A stretch of 64,000 nt of DNA from Dehalococcoidia bacterium (lineage in GTDB: Bacteria; Chloroflexota; Dehalococcoidia; Bin125). Position 1 is the stretch's first letter, and every line of letters starts with the position of its first letter. Of the stretch, positions 49,095 to 58,683 are shown piece after piece. Position numbers and translations under genes: made by a program. The notes below the pieces were generated by a model. That model was not told the origin of the DNA. It was given only the letters and a program-made list of their open reading frames with translations, and searched no databases. The DNA lies in NCBI GenBank assembly GCA_963555985.3, contig OY820591.1, positions 1,760,001-1,824,000 on the forward strand. The letters run 5' to 3'.

Positions 49095-50276
49095 TCAATC
49101 TCCGATCGTACGGGTGGGGAAGTCTCGGGCGGGGTGGGCTTTGAGCACTTCTTCGTCGAGGTCGATGCCGAGGCCGGGGGCATTCGGTAACTGGATGTGG
49201 CTGTCCTCGACCTCGAACGGCGGGGTGGCGGCCTCCTGACCCCAGGGTTCGAAGTTGACGAAGTACTCGGTGATGATGAAGTTGGGCATCGTGGCGGCGG
49301 CGTTGAGGGTGGAGGCGAGCGCCATCGTGGTCGAGTTGTAGTTGTGCGGCGCGACGGCGACGAAGTAGACCTCGGCCATCGCCGCGATCTCGGTCAACTC
49401 CTTGATCCCGCCGACGTTGGCGACGTCGGGATTGATGATGTCGGCGGCGCGCTGCTCGAAGGCCTCGCGGAACTCGAACTTGGTGTACAGCTCCTCGCCC
49501 GTGACGGTGGGAATGTTGATCTGAGCAGTGGCGGCGGCGAGCGCGGTCATGTTCTCGGCCCAGACCGGTTCCTCGAACCAGAAGGGCTCGTACTCCTCGA
49601 CCATCTTGGACAGCCGCACGGCGTTGGAAGGGCTGAGGCGGCGGTGGATTTCGAGCAGCACATCGACATCGGGTCCGACCGCCTCGCGCACCGCGCGAAC
49701 TCGCTCAGCCGCCAGGCGGAGTTCCTTCATGCCGACGTAGCTGCGCCACTTACCTGGCACAGGGTCGAACTTGAGCGCCGTGAATCCTCTGTCGACCATC
49801 GCCCGAGCGCGAGCCTGTAGTTCCTCAAGGTCGTCCATCTTGGCCCAGCCGTTGGCGTAGACGCGCAAGCGATCTCGGACGGCGCCGCCGAGGAGTTGAT
49901 GGACCGGCATTCCGGCGCGCTTCCCGGCGAGGTCCCACATCGCCTGCTCGACGCCGGAGATGGCCGAATAAAGGTCCATCGCGCCGCGGCGGTTGCCAAA
50001 ATCGTTGTGGATCGCGTCGGTCCAGGGCTTGATTCGCGCCGCGTCCCAGCCGACGATGTAGCGCCGCATCGCTTCCAGGTGGGCGGTGATCTGGAGATCG
50101 CGGTCGGATTGGGTGTAGCACTCGCCCCAGCCGTGCAGTCCATCAGCGGTTTCCAGGCGGACGAAGCAGAGATTCTTGCCGGCGATGTAGCGGTCGGGCT
50201 GACCGGTCTCGGGCGGGGTGGGATGGACCAGGTAGTAGCGGAGGTCGGTGATCCGCGTATCGGTATGGCTAGACAT
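49095..50276 (-). CDS. mandelate racemase/enolase superfamily acid-sugar dehydratase (DgoD-like)
   Basis: GWGE, WDLAGK, KFD, FEEP, TGEE, PHN and PGLG. Confidence 0.88.
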   Translation of the reverse strand: MSSHTDTRITDLRYYLVHPTPPETGQPDRYIAGKNLCFVRLETADGLHGWGECYTQSDRDLQITAHLEAMRRYIVGWDAARIKPWTDAIHNDFGNRRGAMDLYSAISGVEQAMWDLAGKRAGMPVHQLLGGAVRDRLRVYANGWAKMDDLEELQARARAMVDRGFTALKFDPVPGKWRSYVGMKELRLAAERVRAVREAVGPDVDVLLEIHRRLSPSNAVRLSKMVEEYEPFWFEEPVWAENMTALAAATAQINIPTVTGEELYTKFEFREAFEQRAADIINPDVANVGGIKELTEIAAMAEVYFVAVAPHNYNSTTMALASTLNAAATMPNFIITEYFVNFEPWGQEAATPPFEVEDSHIQLPNAPGLGIDLDEEVLKAHPARDFPTRTIGD

Positions 50277-50418
50277 ATCGCTCCTCCGGAAACGTCAACG
50301 ATGCCGTATGGGTAGGTCAGTCTAAGTTTGTAACGGCTTACGTAGTCGACGCACAACGCAACCGGCTCCACCAGTCCCGGCCGCTGAGCCAGAGCAGAAG
50401 TTCACGCCGTCGCTCACC

Positions 50419-50447
50419 GCCTCGGTCACGATTCGGCTGACCGAGGC
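50419..50447. promoter_or_regulatory. perfect 10-bp inverted repeat in a divergent promoter region (putative operator or hairpin)
   Basis: GCCTCGGTCA-N9-TGACCGAGGC between the dehydratase and hybrid regulator starts. Confidence 0.45.
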
Positions 50448-50623
50448 TGGGCGCGAGCAGACGCTCGAACACTCTCCAGGTCAGAGAAGAATTCGTCATT
50501 CGTCATGAGTCCGTGACTAACGACGATGGCTCGTAACGTTATGATGATGCTGACGTCCATTCGCAGAATCAGGGCCCCAGGACGGCCGCCTTGCCGCCGG
50601 AGCCGCGCAAGAGGGACGACGAA

Positions 50624-53119
50624 ATGACCCAGCCGGACGAACGTGACCGACGCATCGACGACCTCCAGCAACGCTTGGCTCGTCTATCCCAGGCCAGCCT
50701 GCGGATCAACGAGAGCCTCGACTTGGACGCAGTGCTGCGCAGTGTGCTCGACAGCGCCCAAGACCTAACCGACGCCCGCTACGCCTTGATCACCACGCTC
50801 GACCAGGATACGCAGGTGGAGGATTACCTCGTCTCCGGCCTGACACCCGATGAAGCCGACCAACTCTGGCAAATGCCGCAAGGCCAGCAGTTCTTCGACT
50901 ACCTCAGCCAGATTCCCGGACCGCTTCGGTTAGCCGACTTCGGAGAGCACACCGCCAGGATGGGCCTGCCGCAGTTCCGGCCGCCTGTGCCGGTGAGCGC
51001 CTTTCTCGCCGTCCCGATCCGCCACCAGGGCGTGAGCGTCGGTGCAATCCACATCGCTAAGAGCGGGTCAGGCGAGACCTTCAGCAGTGAAGACGAGAAC
51101 ACGCTCGTGATGTTCGCCTCTCAGGTCGCGCTAGTCGTCGTCAACGCGCGCTGTCATCGCGATGAGATCCGCGCTCGCAGCGACCTCGAAACGCTGATCG
51201 ATACGACGCCTGTCGGCGTAGTCGTCTTCAATCTGGCCAGCGGTGCGCCCGCCTCGTTCAACCGCGAGGTGCGGCGCATCGCCGATCTGCTCGGCATCAC
51301 CGATCAGGGGTCGGGGCAGGACTCCGACTGGACGGCCGAACAGTTGTTGGCCGCGCTGACCGTGCGTCGCGCCGATGGACGCGAAATCTCGCTGCGCGAG
51401 TTCCCGATCGCTCAGGCGCTGCGCACCGGGCCCGCGCTGCGCGCCGAAGAGGTCGTCCTGGAGGCCGCCAGCGGACGCAGCATCACTGCGCTGGTCAACG
51501 TCACGCCGATCCGCTCGCCGGCTGAGCCGGGCGAAGACGACGGCGAGGGGCCGATCGAGTCGGTGGTCGTCACGGTGCAGGATCTGACGCCGATTGAAGA
51601 GCTGGAGCGGACCCGGGCAGAGTTCCTGGGCATGGTCAGTCACGAGTTGCGCACGCCGCTGAGCGCCATCCGCGGCTCAGCGACCACGGTGCTCGACGGA
51701 GAAGACGACCTCGATCCCGGCGAAGCGCGCCAGTTCCTGCGCATCATCGTCGACCAGGCCGACAACATGCGCGCCATGATCGGCGACTTGTTGGACGTCG
51801 CACGGATCGAGACCGGCACCCTGCCAGTCAGCGCGGAAGCGGTCGAAGTGTCCACCTTGGTCGACCGCGCCCGCAGCGGCTTCCTCAACGCCGGCGGCCG
51901 GCAACTGCTGGAAATCGAGCTCGAGCCCGAGCTCCCGCTCGTGCGCGCCGACCGCCGGCGCATCGTCCAGGTGCTCGGCAACCTCCTGAGCAACGCAGCC
52001 GCGCACGCCCCCACTACCTCCACCATCACCGTGAGCGCCGAGGCGAAAGACCTGCATGTCGAATTCTCGGTCACCGACACCGGGCGCGGCATCCCGGCCG
52101 ATCAGCTACCCCGCCTCTTCCACAAAGTCGCCCGCCGCGTGACTGATGCGCCGGACACAGGCGACGGCCAGGCCGCACTCGGCCCAGGTTCCCGCAGCGG
52201 TCTCGGGCTGGCCATCTGCAAAGGCATCGTCGAGGCCCACGGCGGGAGGATCTGGGCCGAAAGCGACGGACCGGGGCTCGGCGCCCGTTTCGCCTTCACG
52301 CTTCCAGTGCTCGAAGACGCCGCTCCCAGCCGACCCCTCGGCCGCAGACGGCGCGCCCAGCAGGCCGACCTCGAGGGACAACGCATTCTCGTGATCGACG
52401 ACGATCCGCACACGCTCCGCCACGTGCGCCGCACCCTCTCCGGCGCCGGCTACGAAACCATCGTCACCGGCGACCCCGGCGACATTTTTACGCTGCTGGC
52501 CGAGAATCGGCCCGATCTGGTATTGCTCGATCTGATGCTGCCCGGCGTCGATACCATCGATCTGATGCGCGACATCTCCGGCGTCACCGACGCGCCGGTG
52601 ATCTTCATCTCCGCCTACGGACAGGACGAAGTGATCGCGCGCGCCTTTGAGTCGGGCGCGGCCGATTACATCGTCAAGCCGTTCTCGCCGACCGAGCTCG
52701 TGGCCCGCATCCGCGCATCGCTGCGGCGCAGCGAGGAGCCGCGTCTCTCCGCGTCGGCAGAGCCCTTCGTGCTAGGCGACCTGACCGTGAACTACAGCCT
52801 GCGTCAGGCCACTCTGGCCGGTCAGCCGCTCAACCTGACGGCGATCGAATTCCAACTGCTCTCAGAGCTCTCCTACAATGCCGGGCGGGTCGTCACCTAT
52901 GACCAGTTGATGCGCCGCGTCTGGGGTATGAAGAAGCCGAGCAACCGGCAGACGCTTCGCACCCATCTCAAACGCCTACGTCAAAAGTTGGGCGACGATG
53001 TAGCCAACGTTCGCTACATCTACACCCAGGCCCGGGTCGGCTACCGCATGGCCAAGAGCGACGCTCCCCAATCGCCTATCATCCCCGCGAACACACCTAC
53101 CGAAACGAGCTCCTCATGA
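50624..53119 (+). CDS. cytoplasmic hybrid regulator: GAF-PAS-HisKA-HATPase-REC-OmpR winged helix
   Basis: SHELRTPL, NLLSNA, DTGRGI and GLGLAIC kinase boxes; REC IDDD/LLDL/KPF; wHTH LTAIEF..VWG..LRQKL..VGYRM. Confidence 0.92.
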   Translation: MTQPDERDRRIDDLQQRLARLSQASLRINESLDLDAVLRSVLDSAQDLTDARYALITTLDQDTQVEDYLVSGLTPDEADQLWQMPQGQQFFDYLSQIPGPLRLADFGEHTARMGLPQFRPPVPVSAFLAVPIRHQGVSVGAIHIAKSGSGETFSSEDENTLVMFASQVALVVVNARCHRDEIRARSDLETLIDTTPVGVVVFNLASGAPASFNREVRRIADLLGITDQGSGQDSDWTAEQLLAALTVRRADGREISLREFPIAQALRTGPALRAEEVVLEAASGRSITALVNVTPIRSPAEPGEDDGEGPIESVVVTVQDLTPIEELERTRAEFLGMVSHELRTPLSAIRGSATTVLDGEDDLDPGEARQFLRIIVDQADNMRAMIGDLLDVARIETGTLPVSAEAVEVSTLVDRARSGFLNAGGRQLLEIELEPELPLVRADRRRIVQVLGNLLSNAAAHAPTTSTITVSAEAKDLHVEFSVTDTGRGIPADQLPRLFHKVARRVTDAPDTGDGQAALGPGSRSGLGLAICKGIVEAHGGRIWAESDGPGLGARFAFTLPVLEDAAPSRPLGRRRRAQQADLEGQRILVIDDDPHTLRHVRRTLSGAGYETIVTGDPGDIFTLLAENRPDLVLLDLMLPGVDTIDLMRDISGVTDAPVIFISAYGQDEVIARAFESGAADYIVKPFSPTELVARIRASLRRSEEPRLSASAEPFVLGDLTVNYSLRQATLAGQPLNLTAIEFQLLSELSYNAGRVVTYDQLMRRVWGMKKPSNRQTLRTHLKRLRQKLGDDVANVRYIYTQARVGYRMAKSDAPQSPIIPANTPTETSSS

Positions 53120-53931
53120 CCTCCGCTCCGACTCGCGTCCACGTCGTCACCGGCGGCTTCCCGCCCGGCCAGCACGGCGGCCACGACATGGACTTCGCCC
53201 GGCTGAAGCTGCTCGACATGCTCTACTCGGACGGGAATATCCGCGCGACCACCGGCAACGACTTCACCGATATGTGGAAGTGGCTGCCCGTCACCGACGT
53301 GCTGATCACTTACACCGCCGGCCCCTACGCCGACGATCCGCAGAACGAGATTCTGCGCGACTGGATCGGCAACGGCGGCCACTGGGTCGGCTTGCACGGC
53401 ACCTCCGGCGGCAAGGCCGCGCGGATCGGCGAAGGCAAGCGCGCGATGGTGAAGATGAACCACCACGAGACGCTCGGCGGGTTCTTCATCAACCACCCGC
53501 CGATCAAGCGCTTCACGGTCGATGTGAAGAAGGTGGACTCGCCCATCCTCGAAGGCCTGCCGGAGCAGTTCGACGTGATCGACGAGCCGTACATGATCGA
53601 GATCACCGATCGCCCGAATACGGACATCCTGCTGACCGCGCCGATCGGCCCGGACACCTATCCCGACTTCGGCTTCGACTACGAAGAGGACACGGCGCTG
53701 GAGGCAGACGGCGTGACCCGCGTCTTCGGCTACACGCGCGGGATCGGCGAAGGCGGAGTCTGTTACATCGCGCTCGGGCACTGCCATTCGCCGCTGACCA
53801 ACTCGCAGCCGTTCGTGGAAGAGAACGCCCGCGACGCGAACGGCGAGATGCCGCGCACGTTGCGCTTCACCTGGGAGACCGAGGAGTATGGTCAGTTGCT
53901 GGCGAACAGTCTGAACTGGGCTCGGGGGTAA
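53116..53931 (+). CDS. ThuA-like (class I glutamine amidotransferase-like) domain protein
   Basis: GGHD, GGHWVGLHGT, FINHPP, DEPY and YIALGH; ATGA overlap with the regulator stop. Confidence 0.8.
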   Translation: MTSAPTRVHVVTGGFPPGQHGGHDMDFARLKLLDMLYSDGNIRATTGNDFTDMWKWLPVTDVLITYTAGPYADDPQNEILRDWIGNGGHWVGLHGTSGGKAARIGEGKRAMVKMNHHETLGGFFINHPPIKRFTVDVKKVDSPILEGLPEQFDVIDEPYMIEITDRPNTDILLTAPIGPDTYPDFGFDYEEDTALEADGVTRVFGYTRGIGEGGVCYIALGHCHSPLTNSQPFVEENARDANGEMPRTLRFTWETEEYGQLLANSLNWARG

Positions 53932-53950
53932 GCGTCCGCCGGGTCTGGGC

Positions 53951-54004
53951 GGACCCCTCCCTCTGTCCCTACGGGACATCTCCCCCCGGATCGCGGGGAG
54001 AGAG
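53951..54004. repeat. REP-like double-hairpin, family B
   Basis: Near-identical to 1879-1933; lies between convergent genes. Confidence 0.8.
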
Positions 54005-54028
54005 TTGGTTCTGGCAATGCAGGTGTCC

Positions 54029-55102
54029 CTAGCGGCCCGGGTCGCCGGGGAGGGGGTCGGGCAGGACATCAAGTTGGAGCGCGTCCAGCAGCTCCGGCAG
54101 TCCTTCGAGGCCGTCCGCTCCGGCTGCGCCGGAAACGTCCTCTAGAGAGGCTGCTTCCGGGCGTGCGAAGGATGGTCTGCTGGGGGCGGCGCGCTCTGGG
54201 AAGAGGGCGGCGAAGATCGCGTCGGCGTGGGTGATGAAGCCAAGTGAGCCGACTCCATCGACGTAGATAGGGCGGCAGTTGGGCAGGTCGGCGGCGATCC
54301 GCCGACCCATACGGATTGGATGGGATTCGTCCAGCTTGCCTTGCCAGAGCAGGACGGGGAAGTCAATCTCGCTGAGATCGAAGCCCCAGGGTTCCATGTG
54401 GCGGAGTGCTTCGATGCCGGCCGCGGCCGGTCCCTGGCGGAAGGCTTGCCGGAGGTCGGCGATGCGGTTGGCGGTGATTTGCTCCGAGCCGAGGAGGGCG
54501 CCGTCAACCGGGGGCATGCGCTTGATCTGTTCGGCGACAACGCGGTCGGGGTGTTTGACAGCCGCGCGCCCGTAGCCGCGCATCCAGAGTGAGGCGAGAC
54601 GGCGGGACTTGAGGAAGAGGGTGTAAATCAGACGCCACTCGTAAGACATGCCCTCGAGGATGTCGGCGTCGTCGATCCGGCCAAGACCGGAGACAAGCGC
54701 GACTCGATCGAGGCGTTCGGGCATGTGCAGGGCGCAGGCGAGTGTGTAGGGCAGTCCGGCGGAGATGCCGGTGACCGAGAAGGTGTCGAGCCGGAGATGG
54801 TCGGCGAGCTGTTCGAGGTCGCTTGGCCAATCGGTGATTCGTCGGTCCGGGAGTGGATCGGAGTAGCCGAAGCCTGGGCGTTCGGGCGCGATCAGACGGA
54901 CGCGGTTGCGCAGCGCGGCGTCGGCCAAGACAGCGGCGGCGAGCCGTGAGGAGGGAATGCCGTGGTGGAAGAAGAGCGGCGCGCCGGTGGGATCGCCGTA
55001 CTCGGCCCAGCTCAGCGCGCGGCCGTCGGAGAGCCGGACCACGTTATGTGGCGGCTCTGGCTCGTCGCTGGTTGCGTGGCTGGAGGCGTCGGCGGTTGCC
55101 AT
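54029..55102 (-). CDS. alpha/beta fold hydrolase
   Basis: EYGDPTG, HHGIPSS, RPGFG, GxSxG (GISAG) and WQGKLD. Confidence 0.88.
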   Translation of the reverse strand: MATADASSHATSDEPEPPHNVVRLSDGRALSWAEYGDPTGAPLFFHHGIPSSRLAAAVLADAALRNRVRLIAPERPGFGYSDPLPDRRITDWPSDLEQLADHLRLDTFSVTGISAGLPYTLACALHMPERLDRVALVSGLGRIDDADILEGMSYEWRLIYTLFLKSRRLASLWMRGYGRAAVKHPDRVVAEQIKRMPPVDGALLGSEQITANRIADLRQAFRQGPAAAGIEALRHMEPWGFDLSEIDFPVLLWQGKLDESHPIRMGRRIAADLPNCRPIYVDGVGSLGFITHADAIFAALFPERAAPSRPSFARPEAASLEDVSGAAGADGLEGLPELLDALQLDVLPDPLPGDPGR

Positions 55103-55156
55103 ATCAGCAGATCGTACCACTCACAAGGACAGGCGGTGACGACTGGGACGCTTCCT

Positions 55157-56911
55157 CTAAGTCGCCTTGGCGGGATCCGCGACCAGCAGCTCGGCCTCGA
55201 CATCGTCGGCGAGGTTCTCGAGCACCGGGGTCTCGCCCAGACAGCCGTCCTCGACTTGCATGTCGAAGGCGTCGGCGAAGTAACGGTAGGACTGGTACTG
55301 GTCGCCGTACTTCATGTGACCGGCGGTGTGATGGGCGGCCGAGAGCAGCAGCGTGTTGCGCAGCTCGGACGTGGTGCGGCGGTAGTCCTCCAACATGCAG
55401 AGGCCGATCTCCTGGTTGTGGGGGTCGTTGCCCTGCTTGGCGATGCCGTCGGCCAGGGTCTCCACCAGCGGCCCGTCGCCGTAGCCCTGCTTGAGGTAGT
55501 GCTCGACCCAGAAGACCGACTGCTCGCTGTCGAGCGCGAGCATGGCGTCGTTGAGTTCGCCCAGCAGCTTGCCCTGCGACATCGGCGGCGCGTCCTCGTC
55601 CATTGCGTAGCCGGCGAAGTAGGTCGCCGCGCCGCGGGTCTTGTTGCCCTTGGAGTTGGTCACCCAGTGGGCGCACTGGTTGATGAAGTTGGCCGCGATG
55701 AAGAGCAGCTTGGTCTTGTGCGGGTGGTCGAAGTGCTGGTAGAACCAACCGAGCATGTTGGTGTACTCGTAGCCGTGCTGGGGCATCGAGAAGTTGGCGG
55801 GCAGGCCGCATTCGAGCACCACGCGCGCGGCCGCGATCTGGATCGCGTCGAGGATCGACTTGGGCGAGCGCCCGGCCTTGAGCAGGGCCACGATGTCCTC
55901 GATGTAGGACTCCTCCGGCTCGCGGATGATCGCGCGGATTAGGCCCTCGGCCTCGGGCGGCGAGAGCGGGAGCTGGTTGCGGAAGAGTTCCTGGTCGCGC
56001 GTACTGGTCTGGGTCGCGTTGAGCGAGGAGGCGGGCGGCTCCTCTTCGAGGTGGTACATCATGATCTGGCAGGCGGACTCGTAGAGCGAGTACCAGCGCG
56101 GGCCGACGGCGATATCGGGCACGCCGGCGTAGAGCACGTGCTGGGCGTTGTCCCAGCCGATCGCGCGTCCGAGTTGGATCGTGGAGCGGGCGCGGAAGGA
56201 CTTGTGGCCGGTGGTGTAGGAGCGGTTCCAGAACATTCTGTCCTGCACGTCGATCAGGCCGGCGAACATCAACTGAGCCAGGATCTCTTCGCGCCGCTTG
56301 GGGAACTTGTGCCAGAGTCCGAGGAAGAGCGAGTACTCCTCGTTGACCTGGCCGTACTGGACCAGCGTGAGCCAGTCGTTGAGGCCCTCTTCCAGGGAGC
56401 CGTCCCAGTCGGCCGGCTCCTGGTCGTCCCAGTGCGCGGCGGGCGGGGCGGGGCCGTCGGGGTACTTGGCCGGGTCGTAGGTGCGGCGCGAGTAGTGGCC
56501 CGGCATCCGGCCCTTGAGCTGGTTCCAGATGTCGAGGCCGGTGGGCACGTACCAGGCGGTCTGGCTCAAGGGCAGGTGGCGCAGCTCCTCGGAGACCAGG
56601 TTCTGCAAGCCCAGCGTGGCGCGCGCGGAGAGCAGGCAGTGGTCGTTGTTGACGAAGCGGACGACGCCGGCGTCGATCCGCTGGTGGTAGGGCACGTGCG
56701 TGTAGGGCGCGTGGGCGCGGATCGTCTCGGAGAGGATCTCGGTGGCGGGGCGGCCGTCCTGGATCAGGTCGAAGGCCTGATGCAGGGCGGAGGCGTTGTC
56801 GCGCTCGACGACGGTCTCGCGGTAGCGGTCGTAGGCGGCGGCGGTTGTGCGATCCATGTAGGCGGGGGACTTGCCGCTGTCGCCGTTGCCGGATGTCTTG
56901 TGCAGACTCAT
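55157..56911 (-). CDS. uncharacterised all-helical protein with four His-centred repeats (possible metalloenzyme)
   Basis: Strong coding bias; NNDHC, TGHKS, PQHGY and DPHNQ motifs; no family confidently recognised. Confidence 0.8.
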   Translation of the reverse strand: MSLHKTSGNGDSGKSPAYMDRTTAAAYDRYRETVVERDNASALHQAFDLIQDGRPATEILSETIRAHAPYTHVPYHQRIDAGVVRFVNNDHCLLSARATLGLQNLVSEELRHLPLSQTAWYVPTGLDIWNQLKGRMPGHYSRRTYDPAKYPDGPAPPAAHWDDQEPADWDGSLEEGLNDWLTLVQYGQVNEEYSLFLGLWHKFPKRREEILAQLMFAGLIDVQDRMFWNRSYTTGHKSFRARSTIQLGRAIGWDNAQHVLYAGVPDIAVGPRWYSLYESACQIMMYHLEEEPPASSLNATQTSTRDQELFRNQLPLSPPEAEGLIRAIIREPEESYIEDIVALLKAGRSPKSILDAIQIAAARVVLECGLPANFSMPQHGYEYTNMLGWFYQHFDHPHKTKLLFIAANFINQCAHWVTNSKGNKTRGAATYFAGYAMDEDAPPMSQGKLLGELNDAMLALDSEQSVFWVEHYLKQGYGDGPLVETLADGIAKQGNDPHNQEIGLCMLEDYRRTTSELRNTLLLSAAHHTAGHMKYGDQYQSYRYFADAFDMQVEDGCLGETPVLENLADDVEAELLVADPAKAT

Positions 56912-57178
56912 GGAGCGCTCCAGGGACGGGATGCAAAATTGCTGACGCCGGTGGGCAGTATAGGGCGAGAGGTCTGGTGAGCCACCTCGGAGCGGCTTCA
57001 GGTAGAGGCTCGCCTCCCTCGCTCCCGTGCGGGGAAGCGAGGATAGGATTCTTGCAACAGTCTTCGCGGTGGTCGTGAGGGTGCGCACTATGGCGCTGTG
57101 ATCGCGTATATTGCGCATTGAGAATTTGTCTGTGCGCAGTGCATGTCCGTCCAGGGACGTGCGGGAAGGGTGTCACAT

Positions 57179-58588
57179 ATGTCCGACGCAGGCAGTGAGC
57201 AACGCGCGCTAGTCGCTCATCTGATGCGGCGCGCGGGGGCCGGCGCGACTCCGGATGAGTTGGATCGGCTCGCGGAGCGGCCCTATGCAGAGTTGGTGGA
57301 GGACCTGATCAATCCGCCGGAAGTGGTCGATCAGGACGACGACCTAGTTTTCCGCTACTTCCCAGCGCTCGCGAACAGCGATACGCCGTGGCCTTGGAGT
57401 GGACGCTGGATTTACTGGATGGCGAACTCGGAGTCGCCGCTGCGCGAGAAGATGGCGCTGTTCTGGCATCACGTGTTCGCGACCGCCTGGTTCAAGTCCG
57501 AGCACGGGCCCTCGGTGGCGCCGCACATTCAGATGTTCCGCGACTACGGCCTCGACAACATGCGGGTGCTGCTGGGACAGCTTTCGCGCGATCCGGCGAT
57601 GATCTACTGGCTGGATAATGTCGAGTCGGTCAAGGGCGCGCCGAACGAGAACTACGGACGCGAACTGCTGGAGCTGTTCTCGATGGGCGTCGGCAACTAC
57701 ACCGAGGACGATATCAAGGCAGCGGCCTACTCGTTCACGGGCTGGACGTTTGAACAGCCGATCCCGCTCTACCCGCACGGCGGCTACCCGGCCCACTTCG
57801 TCTACCGCGACGACCTGCACGACGACTCCGAGAAGACGTTCCTCGGCCACACCGGAGCCTGGAACGGCGATGACATCATCGACATCATCGTGCAGCAGCC
57901 GGCGACAGGACGGTTCATCGGGCGTCACCTCTACAACTTCTTCGTTGAGGATGAGCCGGGCGTCTCGGCCTGGAGCGTGACCGACCCGCGCAACCCGGCC
58001 GCGGTGAATGAGCTTGCTTCGGCCTTCGCCGAATCGAACGGCGACATTCGCGCGGTGATGCGGGTGCTGTTCAACGCCTCGTGGTTCAAGGAGAGCATCT
58101 ACAAGCGGGTCAAGTGCCCGGCCGAGTGGGTCGCGGCCGCGTACAAGCTCTCCGGCCTGCTCTCGATGCCGCAGCCCGAGATGTGGAACCTGCACATGAC
58201 GATGGGCGCGATGGGCCAGAGCCTGATGGATCCGCCCTCCGTCGAGGGCTGGCACACGGGCAAAGAGTGGATCGACGGCGGCACCCTGATGGAGCGGATC
58301 AACTTCGCTTCCAAGCTCGTCTCGGACCCGACGACGCCCGGCGTCCAGAAGCTGATCAATCACCTCGACTCCCAGGACGCGCATTCGCCCGAGGCGCTGA
58401 TCGATGCGGCGCTCGAATTCGCAGGACCGCTTGACGTCTCGGAAAACACTCGCAACGCCCTGCTCGAGGCCGCCGGCGCGGGCGGTGAACTGGATCTGAG
58501 CAGCGACGAGGGTCGTGAGGATGCCGGCGAACGCGCGGCGCAGGCGCTGCGCCTCGTGATCGCGTCGCCCGAGTATCAGTTCGCCTAA
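57179..58588 (+). CDS. DUF1800 family protein
   Basis: HLMRRA, LREKMALFWHHVFAT, PAMIYWLDN, PNENYGRELLELFSMG, PPSVEGW and SPEYQ. Confidence 0.92.
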   Translation: MSDAGSEQRALVAHLMRRAGAGATPDELDRLAERPYAELVEDLINPPEVVDQDDDLVFRYFPALANSDTPWPWSGRWIYWMANSESPLREKMALFWHHVFATAWFKSEHGPSVAPHIQMFRDYGLDNMRVLLGQLSRDPAMIYWLDNVESVKGAPNENYGRELLELFSMGVGNYTEDDIKAAAYSFTGWTFEQPIPLYPHGGYPAHFVYRDDLHDDSEKTFLGHTGAWNGDDIIDIIVQQPATGRFIGRHLYNFFVEDEPGVSAWSVTDPRNPAAVNELASAFAESNGDIRAVMRVLFNASWFKESIYKRVKCPAEWVAAAYKLSGLLSMPQPEMWNLHMTMGAMGQSLMDPPSVEGWHTGKEWIDGGTLMERINFASKLVSDPTTPGVQKLINHLDSQDAHSPEALIDAALEFAGPLDVSENTRNALLEAAGAGGELDLSSDEGREDAGERAAQALRLVIASPEYQFA

Positions 58589-58683
58589 GCGGCGTTCTGG
58601 ACGGACAGGAACAAGTAATCTGCCGCAGAGGAGAAGCTACGAACGCGCTTCATCAGTGGCAGCCAACGGACAGGAAACATCGC

